Part shown: piece by piece, positions 16,521 to 30,264 of the stretch | Layout: the number at the start of each line of letters is the position of its first letter | Position numbering within the stretch: the first letter of the stretch is position 1 | Assembly (NCBI RefSeq): GCF_009914755.1 | Contig: NC_060928.1 | Strand: one strand, 5' to 3' | DNA: 64,000 bases | Source of the DNA: the human T2T-CHM13v2.0 reference genome, Homo sapiens | Made by a program: the position numbers and the translations under genes | The notes under the pieces: generated by a model | Databases searched by the model: none | What the model saw: the letters and a program-made list of their open reading frames with translations, nothing else | Told to the model about the DNA's origin: nothing

Positions 16521-18100
16521 TGAGAGGTGACAGCGTGCTGGCAGTCCTCACAGCCCTCGCTCGCTCTCCGCGCCTCCTCTGCCTGGGCTCCCACTTTGGC
16601 GGCACTTGAGGAGCCCTTCAGCCCACCACTGCACTGTGGGAGCCCCTTTCTGGGCTGGCCAAGGCCAGAGCCGGCTCCCTCAGCTTGCAGGGAGGTGTGG
16701 AGGGAGAGGCGCGAGAGGGAACCGGGGCTGCACGCCGCGCTTGCAGGCCAGCTGGAGTTCCAGGTGGGCGTGGGCTTGGCGGCCCTGCCGGCCTGGGCAA
16801 TGAGGGGCTTAGCACCCGGGCCAGCGGCTGCGGAGGGTGTACTGGGTCCCCCAGCAGTGCCGGCCCACGGGCACTGCGCTCCATTTCTCACCCAGTCTTA
16901 GCTGCCTTACCATGGGGCAGGGCTCGGGACCTGCAGCCCACTATGCCTGAGCCTCCCACCCCCTCCGTGGGCTCCCGTGCAGCCCGAGCCTCCCCGATGA
17001 GCGCCACCCCCTGCTCCACAGCGCCCAGTCCCATCGACCATCCAAGGGCTGAGGAGTGCAGGAGTGCGGGTGCAAGGCTAGGGACTGGCAGGCAGCTCCA
17101 CCTGCAGCCCCCGTGCAGGATCCACTGGGTGAAGCCAGCTGGGCTCCTGAGTCTGGTGGGGATGTGGAGAACCTTTAGGTCTAGCTCAGGGATTGTCTTT
17201 ACCTCTAGCTCACCAATCAGCACTCTGCATCTAGCTCAAGGTTTGTAAACACACCAATCAGCACCCTGTGTCTAGCTCAGGGTTTGTGAATGCACCAATC
17301 GACACTCTGTATCTAGCTACTCTGGTGGGGCCTTGGAGAACCTTTATGTCTAGCTCAGGGATAGTAAATACAACAATCGGCACTCTGTATCTAACTCAAG
17401 GTTTGCAAATACACCAATCAGCACCCTGTGTCTAGCTCAGGGTTTGTGAATGCACCAATTGACACTCTGCATCTAGCTACTCTGGTGGGGCCTTGGAGAA
17501 CCTTTGTGTCCACACTCTGTATCTAGCTAATCTGGTGGGGACTGGAGAACCTTTGTGTCTAGCTCAGGGATTGTAAACGCACCAATCAGCGCCCTGTCAA
17601 AACAGACCACTCGGCTGTACCAATCAGCAGGATGTGGGTGGGGCCAGATAAGAAAATAAAAGAAGGCTGCCGGAGCCAACAGTGGCAACTCGCTCGGGTC
17701 CCCTTCCACACTGTGGAAGCTTTGTTCTTTTGCTCTTTGCAATAAATCTTGCTACTGCTCACTCTTTGGGTCCACACTGCCTTTATGAGCTGTAACACTC
17801 ACCGCAAACGTCTGCAGCTTCACTCCTGAAGCCAGTGAGACCACGAGCCCACTGGGAGGAACAAACAACTCCAGACACACCGCCTTAAGAGCTGTAACAC
17901 TCACCGCGAAGGTCTGCAGCTTCACTCCTGAGCCAGCGAGACCACGAACCCACCAGAAGGAAGAAACTCCGAACACATCTGAACACCAGAAGAAACAAAC
18001 TCCGGACACGCCACCTTTAAGAACTGTAACACTCACTGCGAGGCTCCACGGCTTCATTCTTGAAGTCAGTGAGACCAAGAACCTACCAATTCCGGACACA
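16521..18100 (+). mobile_element. Solo LTR12C (HERV9/ERV9 LTR)
   Basis: Begins tgagaggtgacagcgtgctggcag, ends ccaattccggacaca; CpG-rich U3 and CCAAT tandem array; 4-bp duplication ctat/ccat. Confidence 0.95.
17175..17690 (+). promoter_or_regulatory. LTR12C enhancer/promoter: CCAAT (NF-Y) repeat array, GATA site and TATA-like AATAAAA
   Basis: About seven CCAAT copies in ~40 bp units; AGATAA at 17646-17651; AATAAAA at 17655-17661; LTR polyA signal at 17741-17746. Confidence 0.75.
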
Positions 18101-19609
18101 CCATGAAGCTGCTAGAAGAAACCATTGGGGAAACTCTCCAGGACTTTGGTCAGGGCAAGATTTTTTGGCTAAGACCTCAAAAGCACAGATAACCAAAGTA
18201 AAAATGGACAAATGGGATCACATCAAGTTAAAAAGCTTCTGTACAGCAAAGGAAATGATCAACAAGTGAAGAGGCGACCCACAGAATAGAAGAAAATATT
18301 TGCAAACCACTCATCTGACAAGGGTGGTTAATAATCAGAATATATAAGAAGCTCAAACAACTCAATAGGAAAAAAAATCTAATAATCCTATTAAAAAATG
18401 GGCAAATGATGTGAATAGGCATTTCTCAAAAGAAGACATACAAATATCAAACAGGTATATGAAAAAATGCTCAACATCATTTATCATCAGAGAAATGCAA
18501 ACCAAAACCAAAAGGAGATATCCTCTCACCCCAGTTAGAATGGCTGTTATCCAAGAGACAGGCAAGAACAAATGCTGGTGAGGACAGAGAAAGGGGAACC
18601 CTCCTACACCGTTGGTGGGAATGTAAATTAGTACAACCACTATGGAGAACAGTATGGAGGTTCCTAAAAAAACTAAAAATAGAACTGCCATATGACCCAG
18701 CAATCCCACTACTAGGAATATACACAAAAGAGAGGAAGTCAGTATATCAAAGAGATATCTGTCCTCCCATGTTTACTGCAGTACTATTTGCAATAGCCAA
18801 GATTTCAACTCAACCTGAGTCTATCAACAGATGAATGGATATAGAAAATGTGGCACTTATACACAATGGAATACTATTCAGCCATAAAAATGAGATACTA
18901 TCATTTGCAACAATATCGATGGAATTAGAGGACATTATGTTAAGTGAAATAAGCCAGGCAAATTAAAAAAAAAGACATTTTGCATGTGCTCACTCATTTG
19001 TGGGAGCTAAAGATTAAAACAAGCGAACTCATGGAGACAGAGTAGAATGATGGTTACGAGAGGCTACAAAGAGTAGCAGGGAGGAGGGTGGAGAGTGGAG
19101 ATGTTTAGTGGGTATAAAAATATAGTCACATAGAATGAATAAGATCTAGTATTTGATAGCACAACAGGGTGACTCCAGTCAACAATTTACTGCATATTTT
19201 AAAATATCCAAAAGGGTGGAATTGGAGTGTTCCTAACAGAAAGGGACAATAAATGCTTGAGGTGGTAAACACTCTATTTACTTTGATGTGACTATTATAC
19301 ATTGTATGCCTGTATTGAAATATAACATGTACCTCATAAATATATACACTTATGAGCTCATAAAAATTAAAAATATTCACCCCCTTTTCAACCAATACAT
19401 GTGTGAGGTTGGATTTTCTTCATGCTTCAACCAAAACAAAGTATATTCCTGATGTGACTATAGTAGGGGTGCGATAGACATACTTTTCACAAAATGATAG
19501 CTGGAGAACAAAGTTCAGGAAACGAGCCAAAACCATGCAGATTTGTCTTTTTCCATAAATCCAGTCAAAACAAAGTATCACAACAGATGGAATGTAGAAG
19601 CAAACTTGA

Positions 19610-19994
<385 letters not shown>

Positions 19995-21534
19995 GTAAAA
20001 GACTTTTTATAGAAATATGTAATTATGTTAATACATCATGGTCTTATCATTGTTATTTTAAATGAGTTGACATATATATTTTAAATCTCAGTTTTAATTT
20101 CTAATACAATGACTACTGATAGATATAAACCAAATAAGCAAAAGCTGTTCGGTTCCTTGAAAATTTTTAAGGATCAAAGAGTTCTCAGACCAAAAAGTTT
20201 AAAGAAGCACTTAGACCATTCCCATCCTCACAGGCAACTACTGATGTAGGAAAACCCTATGGAGAGAGTGAGCGCTAAAACAAGAGGCTTCCTAAATTCC
20301 CAAGCTGGTTAGAACTGAAGCCTCAGTGGTAATTCCAAATCAGGGATCTCCAAAACACCATGCTATTGTGGTAGCTTGGCTTGGTGCTGTCTCTAGCAAA
20401 AGTAAAAGAAAAAAAAAGAGCTTTATAATAGGTGGGAGGAAATGAGAATATTCATAAAGCAAAGAGACTAACCAAGTGCTGGGCCAAGTCCATCAAATGG
20501 TCAAAAGTGAGGCGTGGAGGGAAAATTCTGTTGAAGATGAGAAGCAAATGGCAGACAAGGGACTCACTGAAAATCATTTGCATGTTTGTTCTTTTAAACT
20601 CTGAATTTCTGCATCTGAGAATTCTGCAGTGTCCATCCTTGACTGCAACCCGTCACCAGAACTATAAGTAATAAAGCATTAATAACATGGGAGCTGCTCT
20701 AAGGTTTCTTTTACCATTTTTTTTTTTAATTTTTTAAAGAAATTGCTGTTGTTTTAGTTCTTGGCATTCCTTCATCTTCTGCCACTCAAGTAGAGTTGCA
20801 GTAAGGTAAAATTTGTAATAAGCAAAACATACTCAAATTTGGGGCTCTGCTGTTCAAGCTTAAAATGAATTTAATATCTTTAGAAAGAGGGAAAGTGAAA
20901 TCATCAAAACAGCCTAAATAAACTTAAAAACTCTTCTTTACAGAAAGGCTATTTTAAACCCAAACAAGCTCATAACAAGAACAATGGATTGTAAGTTCTA
21001 ACACTCTCAGACTGAAGGCTGAACTGGAAAGACCAGCTGCTAACAGCGGCTGCTGTAGTTCCAGGTGAGGGGCAGGACACTGGAATATTCCTTATGTGAC
21101 TATAGTATGGGTGCAAGAGACACACACATATATATATATACACACACTGTTGCTTACTTTTTGGCTGGAGAATAAAGCTCAGGAAAAAAGAGCCAAAACC
21201 ATGCAGACATGTCTTTTTCCACAGGTCCAGTCAAATTTGAGGGTCACGTCTCCCAGAAGGGGCTTGCTTCTCCTTACTGCCATCCACATACACTCATTAG
21301 CCCTGGGAATCCAGCACAATTGAGAAGCTCAGACTGCAGAAAGCCTGATTTTTAAGGATGAGTCAAACTAGAACTGGAACTGGAACCTTAACAGCCAATA
21401 CTTCTGCAATCTTATGCAGGTGCTTCTGAAAGTATTTACAACTAGAAAAGAACTACATAAAGTTAGGGAGTTATTAGATCTCTGTTTTTCCTTCCCTGAA
21501 TAACTGACTTAACAACTTTTCTTTTTCTTTCTTT

Positions 21535-24500
21535 TGGTGGTAAATAGGTATTTATTTGAAATGAAAAAAAAATTACTTAAGTACCTGGACTATTGCATTT
21601 AATCATGTATTGTAATTGTGTTACTCTACCTTTTTGCATCAGAGACAAATATACAATGAACATTCAGATATCACAGACTGCACACTAGATAGTAATTCTT
21701 CAGGTCTTTTACATAACCACCAAGAAACAGATATTGGTTTCTGCAATATAGTATAAAAGTCCACAATCAATCCAGTCTTAGCCAGTATCTTCAATTTACT
21801 TCTGTTGCTGTACAAATAATTGGCCATTACTAGGGCTTACAAGTTAATAACAGGACAAAAAATATACATTGCACTGACACAAAAAGTCAGCTGTGTTAAG
21901 AGTCATGCAACAAGTAACCAAACTTGCTGAAATTAAAAATACTTTCTAAAAACAGTTTTAACGGCATAAATATTTTATACACAGTTCATTTACCAAAACA
22001 AAATGTATTTAAATGATACAAAGCAAAAATAAGTTTCTACCAACTTTATACATAAGAAAGTGCAAAATAACTTATCTAGAGTGTTTTGCTATTATCCAGA
22101 CGGATGGCTGCTATGGGCAGCTATTCTCTTCTTCAAAAGCATGACATTAGAGTTGCACACTACATAGAAATGTTAGAATACATGGATGAACAAATGAACA
22201 GGTGGATGGATGAATGAACAAACTACAAAGATCAGGCAGGAGCCCTATGAGGTACTCTCAGAAAAAGAATGCAGACCATACTAAGGTAGATGTACATGTT
22301 GACAATAGATGTTGGTAAATAAATTTACATGGAACACAGAAAGATATCCAGAGAAATAATTAGTTTATGTATGTGAGTGTACTTGTATGTGTGAGTGATT
22401 CTGTTGATTTCTGCATTAGAGGCAAAAAGAAAAGAAACCCGATTGAACAAAACAGTTGCCCACAGCACCAGCTGCCAGAGGAAATACTACCATGAGGGTT
22501 TTGGTTTCCACCTTCTAGTTATGGAAGTTCTGTTAGAAAGTTAGTAATGGAAGTTGTGTCGGAAAGTTTAAAAGTGTTCATCCCATATAGTTTCCTATTA
22601 CAAAGAGGAATAACCTTTAAGTAACTACACACACACATTCATATATTCAAGTCTTTAAAGAACACCTCTGCCACTGGGTATGGGGTAAACATGATTCATG
22701 GACAAAAGGAGGACGCTTCTTTTAAAAAGTGTAGAATAACACTGCTACAAATCATCTAGAGGGCCAGACAGGGGCAAGGCCCACAGTTACATAATAGCAC
22801 AATTTCTGCAACTGTTGAACATCAGCATTATTTATTAGAATTGAAGATGGTGATGGGGGAGGGAGAGTGTGGGGGGAGTAAGACACAGAAAGGAAAACAG
22901 AACACAACTTTTCTTTAAATTAAAGTATTAATGCCGATAATCCTTTTATTAACAAGTATATTTGAACTTTTAGAAATGGAAGTGTTTTAATCAATTTTGA
23001 TATGTAATCATAAATAGACTGTAGGCTCAAACCCAGGTAAATAAAGATTTAAATTTAGTAAGCGTAAGGCACTAAAGCAGCCTTTCTATTTTCTCTTGGA
23101 GACCTAGTTATCATATCAGGAAGAACAAATTTGTTCTTAAGCTGGTTTCAGCCCATCAGGTACAAGATCACCATTGTACCAAATGCCTATTTTTGAATGC
23201 ATGTGCATATATGTGCATTTTAGTGCATAAGTGTGCCTCTCACCAGGGCCTAAAGATGGAAAATTGGAAAAGCCAAAGCCGCTGTCCTTTGCATGATGCC
23301 TCTGTGAGGGTGTGAAGGCCTTTCCTTTCGCACCTGTGAAGGTGTGAAGGCCTATCTTGGGCCATTAATGATTCTATATTTTTCAAATCACAGGGCTTTT
23401 AGAATTGTTCATAATGTTATCACTAAGTTTCTGAAAATGTTAAAATCTAGATTAATTGTTTCATTTTTAATATATATTATATATATATATATATGTACAT
23501 AACACACATTTAAAAAAATCCCACCACCAAGCCTTTTCTCTGTAAACTAATCTCTTAGCCCCTTCCAGCTTTAATCCCCCTGGATTTGTGTGTTCTGTAT
23601 CCAACTAGTAGAACAAATTAAATAACTAAATATTAAAATACTGTAATTATATTCATAGCAAAAACAAAAAAATAGACATTGATACAGTATAAATCTCACT
23701 GTTTTCAGGTAGATGACATTAAATGGTAAAGGTTAATTTTAAGCAGTTCTGACATGATTCAGTTTTACAACAAAGTTTATATGTTAATTCTGTACACTTC
23801 TTTCTTTCCTTTTTTTACCCCTTGTTTGAAAATAAGCTATAGTAGAACATTAGTGTCACCAAAGACACATACTTATTATGTTCTATGCAAGATAAGCTAA
23901 TTTTGGGTTACATGCAAATATATTTCCATTAGTTGAGACAGGGCTGTTTCCTGCACTACACTGGTCATCTGACCACCTTTCTGCAATGCTAAGAAGGTAT
24001 TCTTTGACCAAACAGCAGTCCACATACAAGTTTAAAAGGGGCCCTGTTTATGTAGGAACAACACTGAGGTGGTGCGTAGCCAGGTACAAGACGCCCAAAT
24101 ATTTCCAGTTTATCTTACGGCTGGACTCCTATTCTCCCACACTGTTTCCTAAAGAAGGTCCACATTATTTTGGTTACTAGCCTAGTTTAAGTGGAGATAC
24201 TGTGGGCAACTTGAAAGAAATGACATCAGGCACACAGGCTGAGCTTGAAAGGAAAAAAAGACCACAGATAATGTCTTTGGGGATTTAAAAAAACATATTT
24301 ATAATTAATTGGTAAGTGAGGGATGTCAGACAAACCATAAGTAGTTCATTGAGTTAGTGGTTTAGTTTGAAGTTTCATGTTACAGGCAGTTAAGTCCTTA
24401 TTTAGAAAAAAGGCCTTTTATATCTATTTACAATATACGTAGTTACTTGCAAAGAAGTCAGATTTACAACCATTTTCTAAAAGCCTTTTTTGTTGTTGGT

Positions 24501-24852
24501 TTTTCCAAATAAGGATGAGTAGCTCTATAAAAATGAGATGCAAGAAAAGAGAGTTAATAAGTGAGGATTTTTCTCTTGGAGACAGCTACTGTCATCAGGG
24601 AGAACTGGAGGTCGAAAGTGTTGCTCCTAGGAACCACCTCATATTCTTCTTGTGCTGTTCACCTGAATCGCGTCTGCCCCATTCCTGTACTCTACACCCG
24701 TTTTATTCAATGATCCCTTTGAATTTTAACACTTCAAACACGTGGTATGAAGAGATGTGTAAACGGAGACTGTTTTCAATGCCTTCCAAGCTGGGACAGG
24801 AGAATCGGGAAGGGGTCTACAGACCATGGTCTCCACTCAGCTTGTTGAATCT
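21535..24852 (-). other. WDFY3: WDFY3 3'UTR (~3.3 kb; distal end approximate)
   Basis: Transposon-free AU-rich sequence after the TGA; minus-strand AATAAA at 21551-21556 and ATTAAA at 21598-21603. Confidence 0.75.
21551..21603 (-). terminator. WDFY3 distal polyadenylation signals
   Basis: Plus-strand TTTATT (21551-21556) and TTTAAT (21598-21603). Confidence 0.65.
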
Positions 24853-24976
24853 TCAACAATTTCGAGGCCCATCTTCTGAACCTCTCTCATGCTGTAAGTT
24901 ATAATAACAGTTCTGACAAACACGCACCGGGGATGAGATTTTCAAGCGTTTGATTTCAGATTGAAAGCGACTGCAC
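24853..24976 (-). CDS. WDFY3: WDFY3 last coding exon (C-terminal half of FYVE domain, stop)
   Basis: CSRFQSEIKRLKISSPVRVCQNCYYNLQHERGSEDGPRNC*; acceptor ctttag; RVC motif. Confidence 0.97.
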
Positions 24977-25357
24977 CTAAAGGAAAGGAAAAGTCAATTA
25001 ATTATAGGTCTTCTCCATGCTTGATCATGGGCACCGGAAACATTAATAATCGAATGGAAAGCTTGCAGTAAAATGCCAAAGGCCATACTGGTTTGTGTTG
25101 TGTGGCTGAACAAGGACTAAAAGGAAAGCTGTATTATTTGTTTCAGTCTATGAAGAAAAGCAGTATTAAACCAGGGAAGCTATTTCTTTGACTGACAAGA
25201 ATTAAAAAAACGAAAACAAAAAAACAGAGTTAAGATTTTCCTATACAATGAGGCCAAGGTGTCTGAACAGTGATGTAAGGCCATTCTACCTGTGTAGACT
25301 AATTCTCATGGCCTATAAGCTTGGGAGGTATGTCAATGTCTTTACCTGGAGCTTGAC

Positions 25358-25480
25358 ATATTTCTCTTGGAAATCAGAAAAACTCACTAGCGGAAATTAG
25401 AAGACTCACTAATGAGTATCTATTTTCAAGAGAATTACTAATGACTCATTAGTGAGTCTTCTAATTTCCAAAAGAAATAT
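25358..25480. repeat. Perfect 26-bp inverted repeat plus an extra diverged arm
   Basis: 25392-25417 is the exact reverse complement of 25444-25469; 25358-25389 is a diverged copy of the left arm. Confidence 0.9.
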
Positions 25481-25771
25481 GAGTTTGATCACTATCAAGT
25501 TCCATTGTGCTTTTAAACATTTTGATTGATCCACTCTTTAATCATTTCTTAAACAGTTAGACTGGCTTTCCTTTTCCAGTCCCAACACCCTCATTTCCTA
25601 TTTATCTTGCTAGAACTGTTTGAAGGAGACTATTCTTAAGAGATGTTCAAATTCTTTAAGAAGTATTCAGAGTTCCTATTCCTGGAATAAAGCCAGGTGT
25701 GACTCAGGATGTGGTATTAAATCACTTTAGGCTTGGATTTTCAGAAGATTGAAATGGAAATGAAAAAAAAA

Positions 25772-25901
25772 ATTTTTTTTTGGTAGGGATGGGGTCTCAT
25801 TACATTGTCCAGGCTGTCCTCAAACTCCTGGCCTCAAGTGATCTTCCTGCCTTGACCTCCCAAAGTGCTGAGACTACAGACGTGAGCCACTGTGCCTGGC
25901 C
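25772..25901 (-). mobile_element. Alu left monomer / FLAM
   Basis: Single antisense monomer. Confidence 0.85.
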
Positions 25902-26289
25902 TTGAAATGGAGATTTATGTTTAGTCCATTAATCTACCAGTAAAAATGTCCAGAGAGTAAATTAAGTACTATAACCTTATGGGTTTAAAGGACTGTCACT
26001 GGACCTCTCAGATCCCTCAAGAGTGTCAACAGCTCTCAGCCATAGAGACCACAGGCTGTGTGTTCTGGAAAGCACTTCCTTCTGTGCCTGCTTCATCAGA
26101 ACTTATCACTGTTTGGTCAGTTTCCAATAAAGCTTCCATCCAACATTTAATAGCAATGGATAATTTAAAGAATTACCTATATTTAAACAATATTTTGAAA
26201 ATTAAACACTACAAAGAACAGATGTGTGCCAGCATACATACGGGAGTGCTAGTACAAATCACTAGATTAATATGATGGGTGTGGAGGCT

Positions 26290-26556
26290 GAAAACTGTAA
26301 TCCCAGCACTTTAGGAGGCTGAGGCGGGGGTACTGCTTGAGCCCGCGGCTGTGAGACCAGCCTGGGGAACATAGTGAGACTCTATCTCTACAAAAAATAC
26401 AAAAATTAGCCAGGTGTGGTGGCTCTTGCCTATAGTCTCAGCTACTTGGAAGGCTGAGGTGGGAGGACTGCTTGAGCCTGGGAGATCAAAGCTGCACTGA
26501 GCTGTGATCGTGCCACTGTACTCCAGCCTGGGTGATAGAGGAAGACCCCATCTCAA
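26290..26556 (+). mobile_element. Alu (AluJ-like)
   Basis: Dimer with diverged 5' end. Confidence 0.88.
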
Positions 26557-26572
26557 GAAATATATATATATA

Positions 26573-27290
<718 letters not shown>

Positions 27291-27429
27291 AGAATCCTCT
27301 GCCAGCCTCACAGAAATTCCCACAGGAAATGGCTGGCTGCAACATTTTGGGTCCCTCATCTTGAACCAGACTGCCCAGCAGAAAAGGTTTAAGGAATCAA
27401 ATGATGGAACACCTGTTTTGCCAGACTCT

Positions 27430-27615
27430 GAACTTGGTGCTTTACAACACTCATATATGTGATCTCATTTAATTCTCTCAATAGCTCTAAGAGGACTGGT
27501 CTTCTTACCCACATTTACAGATAAAGAAACCAAAGCTCAGAGAGGCTCGGTAACTTGCTGGCATTATGGCAACAGAAAGTAGCACAGTGAGCATTTGGTC
27601 AGTGTAAACCCAAAG
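27430..27615 (-). mobile_element. MIR
   Basis: atctcatttaattctc...catttacagataaagaaaccaaagctcagagagg...taacttgc. Confidence 0.75.
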
Positions 27616-27849
27616 ACTATGCCCATACCAGTAAGCCAATGCTGCCTATAAAACCTCAGGAATGGACTCATAATTACACAAGTTGAGAATAATATGCTTT
27701 CTATGAAAGCATCTCTGGAGTAAGGCAATATAAGCCTTAAAGTGTACTGTCCATGGAATCCTTTCTGTTGTCTGGCAGAAAAAGTAACGACTGTGGATGT
27801 GTATCTGGGACCCAGGTGTAGGACAGAGATATCAACCAAATCTATAGCC

Positions 27850-28900
27850 ATGGGACCACTGACCTTTCATATGGGGGAAAAATAGATCCTCGCCTCATGT
27901 TATACCCCAAAATAAATTACAAATGAATTAAAGACCTAAATGTGAAAAATAAAACTTTGAAACCTTTAAAAGAAAATAAACAAGATTATCTTTGTGATCC
28001 TAGGACAGAGAAAGAATTCTTAAGGCACAAAAAAGCAAAAATCATAGAGTAATACATGTGACTACAACCAGTTTAAAAACTTGTAGATGACAGAAAAAAC
28101 ATATACAAAGTTGAAACACAAGCCACAGACTGGCAGAACGTATCTGCAAGATATATAAAAAACAAAGGTGTACAGCACAGAATATATAAAAGAACTCCTC
28201 AAGGAAAAAAAAAGGGCAAAGTACCCAAAAGGAAACCCAAATAGCCAACAAACATGAAAAGATGTTGTCTCACTAGCATTGCAAGTTAAAACAACAAAGC
28301 ACTATTTTTTAGCTATCAGATTGGCAAAAGTGGAAAAAGTCTGGCAGTACCAAGCATGACTAAGAATTTGGAGAACCTTCATGGCCTGTTGGAGGTAGTG
28401 GAGGTAGTATTAACTAGCACTACTGTTTTGAAGAGTAATTTGGCAATATCTAATTAAGATCAAGAATAAGTCTGTGTTCTATCAATTTCATTCCATCTCT
28501 AGAGGAATTCTAGCTTGTGTATTAGAAGGGCATTTATAGGGATGTGCATTGTAGCATTATTTATAGTACTGATAAAAATAGAAAAAAAAAAACCCTGAGA
28601 GGGCATCAAAAGGGAAATAATGATGATAAATTCATATAATTAAAATAACCGACAGTAGTTAAAATGAATATATTACAATAAGATATCTATATAAATGGAT
28701 TTCAAAAACAATGTTGAGTAAGAAAGTTACAGAAGGGCAAAAACAGTATAGTACGTAAAGCTGAAAAGTAAAGCTGAGAACACCAAAATAGTATGATGTA
28801 ATGTTTACAGAGGCAACACATGTTCCTGAAAGCATAAAAACATGGAGAATGGGTGTGATTGGTGAAAGGTGCAAAGAGGATACTTACAATGTATCTATAG
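27850..28900 (+). mobile_element. Ancient L1ME-like fragments
   Basis: atgaattaaagacctaaatgtgaaaaataaaact, tatcagattggcaaaag and agtaatttggcaatatc. Confidence 0.65.
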
Positions 28901-29183
28901 TGTTTATAGAATCATTTCACATACAGGTCTCTAAATTAAATACGATGAAATATTAGCATATGTGCATTCTGTGTCATGGATGACAAGGTGTTTGTGACTT
29001 GTATGACAGAAAAATTTCCTAATTGTAGTAATAAAGAAGAACAGAAAAAGTGAAGACTGGTTCATACCAACAAGGCATACTGTAGTGGGGACGCCAGGGC
29101 AAATCAGAACCTGTGTGCAGGACATAATTAACAACCTTAGAGCTTAATCAATGTAAATTCAAAAAGCAGATATCTTATCTTAC

Positions 29184-29381
29184 TTCTGGCAGAAGAGCTG
29201 ACCACAGTTCCTGCAATGGTGTCGTCTTTCTGTGAGTGAAAACCTCACCGAGCAGCCTGAGCAGCTGTCACCACCTTCATCCTTCACCCAGTGATCAGCA
29301 GCAGAACGGCCTGGCTGGTCACTCACAGACCAGCTGAAAACTCGGCCTCGACTGTCACCAACGAGGATCCTACTGTGATCC
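29184..29381 (-). CDS. WDFY3: WDFY3 exon (last WD40 part plus FYVE N-terminal half)
   Basis: DHSRILVGDSRGRVFSWSVSDQPGRSAADHWVKDEGGDSCSGCSVRFSLTERRHHCRNCGQLFCQ; WxxD and RRHHCRxCG motifs; AG/GT ends; 198 nt. Confidence 0.97.
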
Positions 29382-29634
29382 CTGCAGGAGACACGACAGA
29401 GGAGGTCACTGCACGGAAGGCTTCTGTGATCTCCTTCTTGAGGCTCTCTGGATTTTGGTGGATGTGTGTTTTGAGGTCGGGGCTGGTAAGGGTCCTGGAG
29501 AGACCCCTTGATTCACTCAGAGATGTATGTGTAAACAGACAAAAACTGAACCGAGCCCAAATTTACACTTCCATTTCAATTTTCTTTGGATCACCCTTGC
29601 TGTATCTTTGAAGAACAGAAAAAGCAGTTTTTCA

Positions 29635-29988
<354 letters not shown>

Positions 29989-30152
29989 ATATCCACACAC
30001 TAACAGGGTTCTTCTTCAAATTTATCTCTTTGAGCTACATACGATAATACAAATAAAATCTGTTTTCCCCAAAGACTGGGCTGGAGTATGTGGCCCTTGG
30101 CTAACCAAATGACTCAGATGGGAAGCGGAGCTGGAAAAAGCCTGACACTTAC

Positions 30153-30264
30153 TTGGAGATGCCCAAGGCAGTGACCTCAGCTGGGTGTGCATTGTCCTTT
30201 CGATCAAAGGCTGTGTGCATAGTCAGCTTACTCCTGAACACCAGCTGCCGTTCCCATCGGTACC
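30153..30264 (-). CDS. WDFY3: WDFY3 exon
   Basis: YRWERQLVFRSKLTMHTAFDRKDNAHPAEVTALGIS; ttccag acceptor, gtaagt donor; 112 nt, in phase with neighbours. Confidence 0.96.

Larger units (their letters stand above)
15546..19375 (+). mobile_element. 5'-truncated L1MA (ORF2 3' part plus 3'UTR), interrupted by LTR12C
   Basis: ORF2-like peptides KFSKIAGYKINMQKS, YLGINLTKEMKDLYNEN and [17 protein letters not shown] with frameshifts; L1MA 3'UTR aataagatctagtatttgatagcacaacagggtgact. Confidence 0.92.

Noticed and set aside
16517-18099. GC-rich ORFs up to 187 aa and a CRISPR-like periodic array
   Set aside because: Explained by LTR12C U3/U5 tandem repeats; no unique spacers or cas genes, and the DNA is eukaryotic
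25425-25433. TTCAAGAGA (the standard shRNA loop) inside the hairpin loop
   Set aside because: It does not directly join the stems and there is no Pol III promoter or T-run terminator; treated as coincidence
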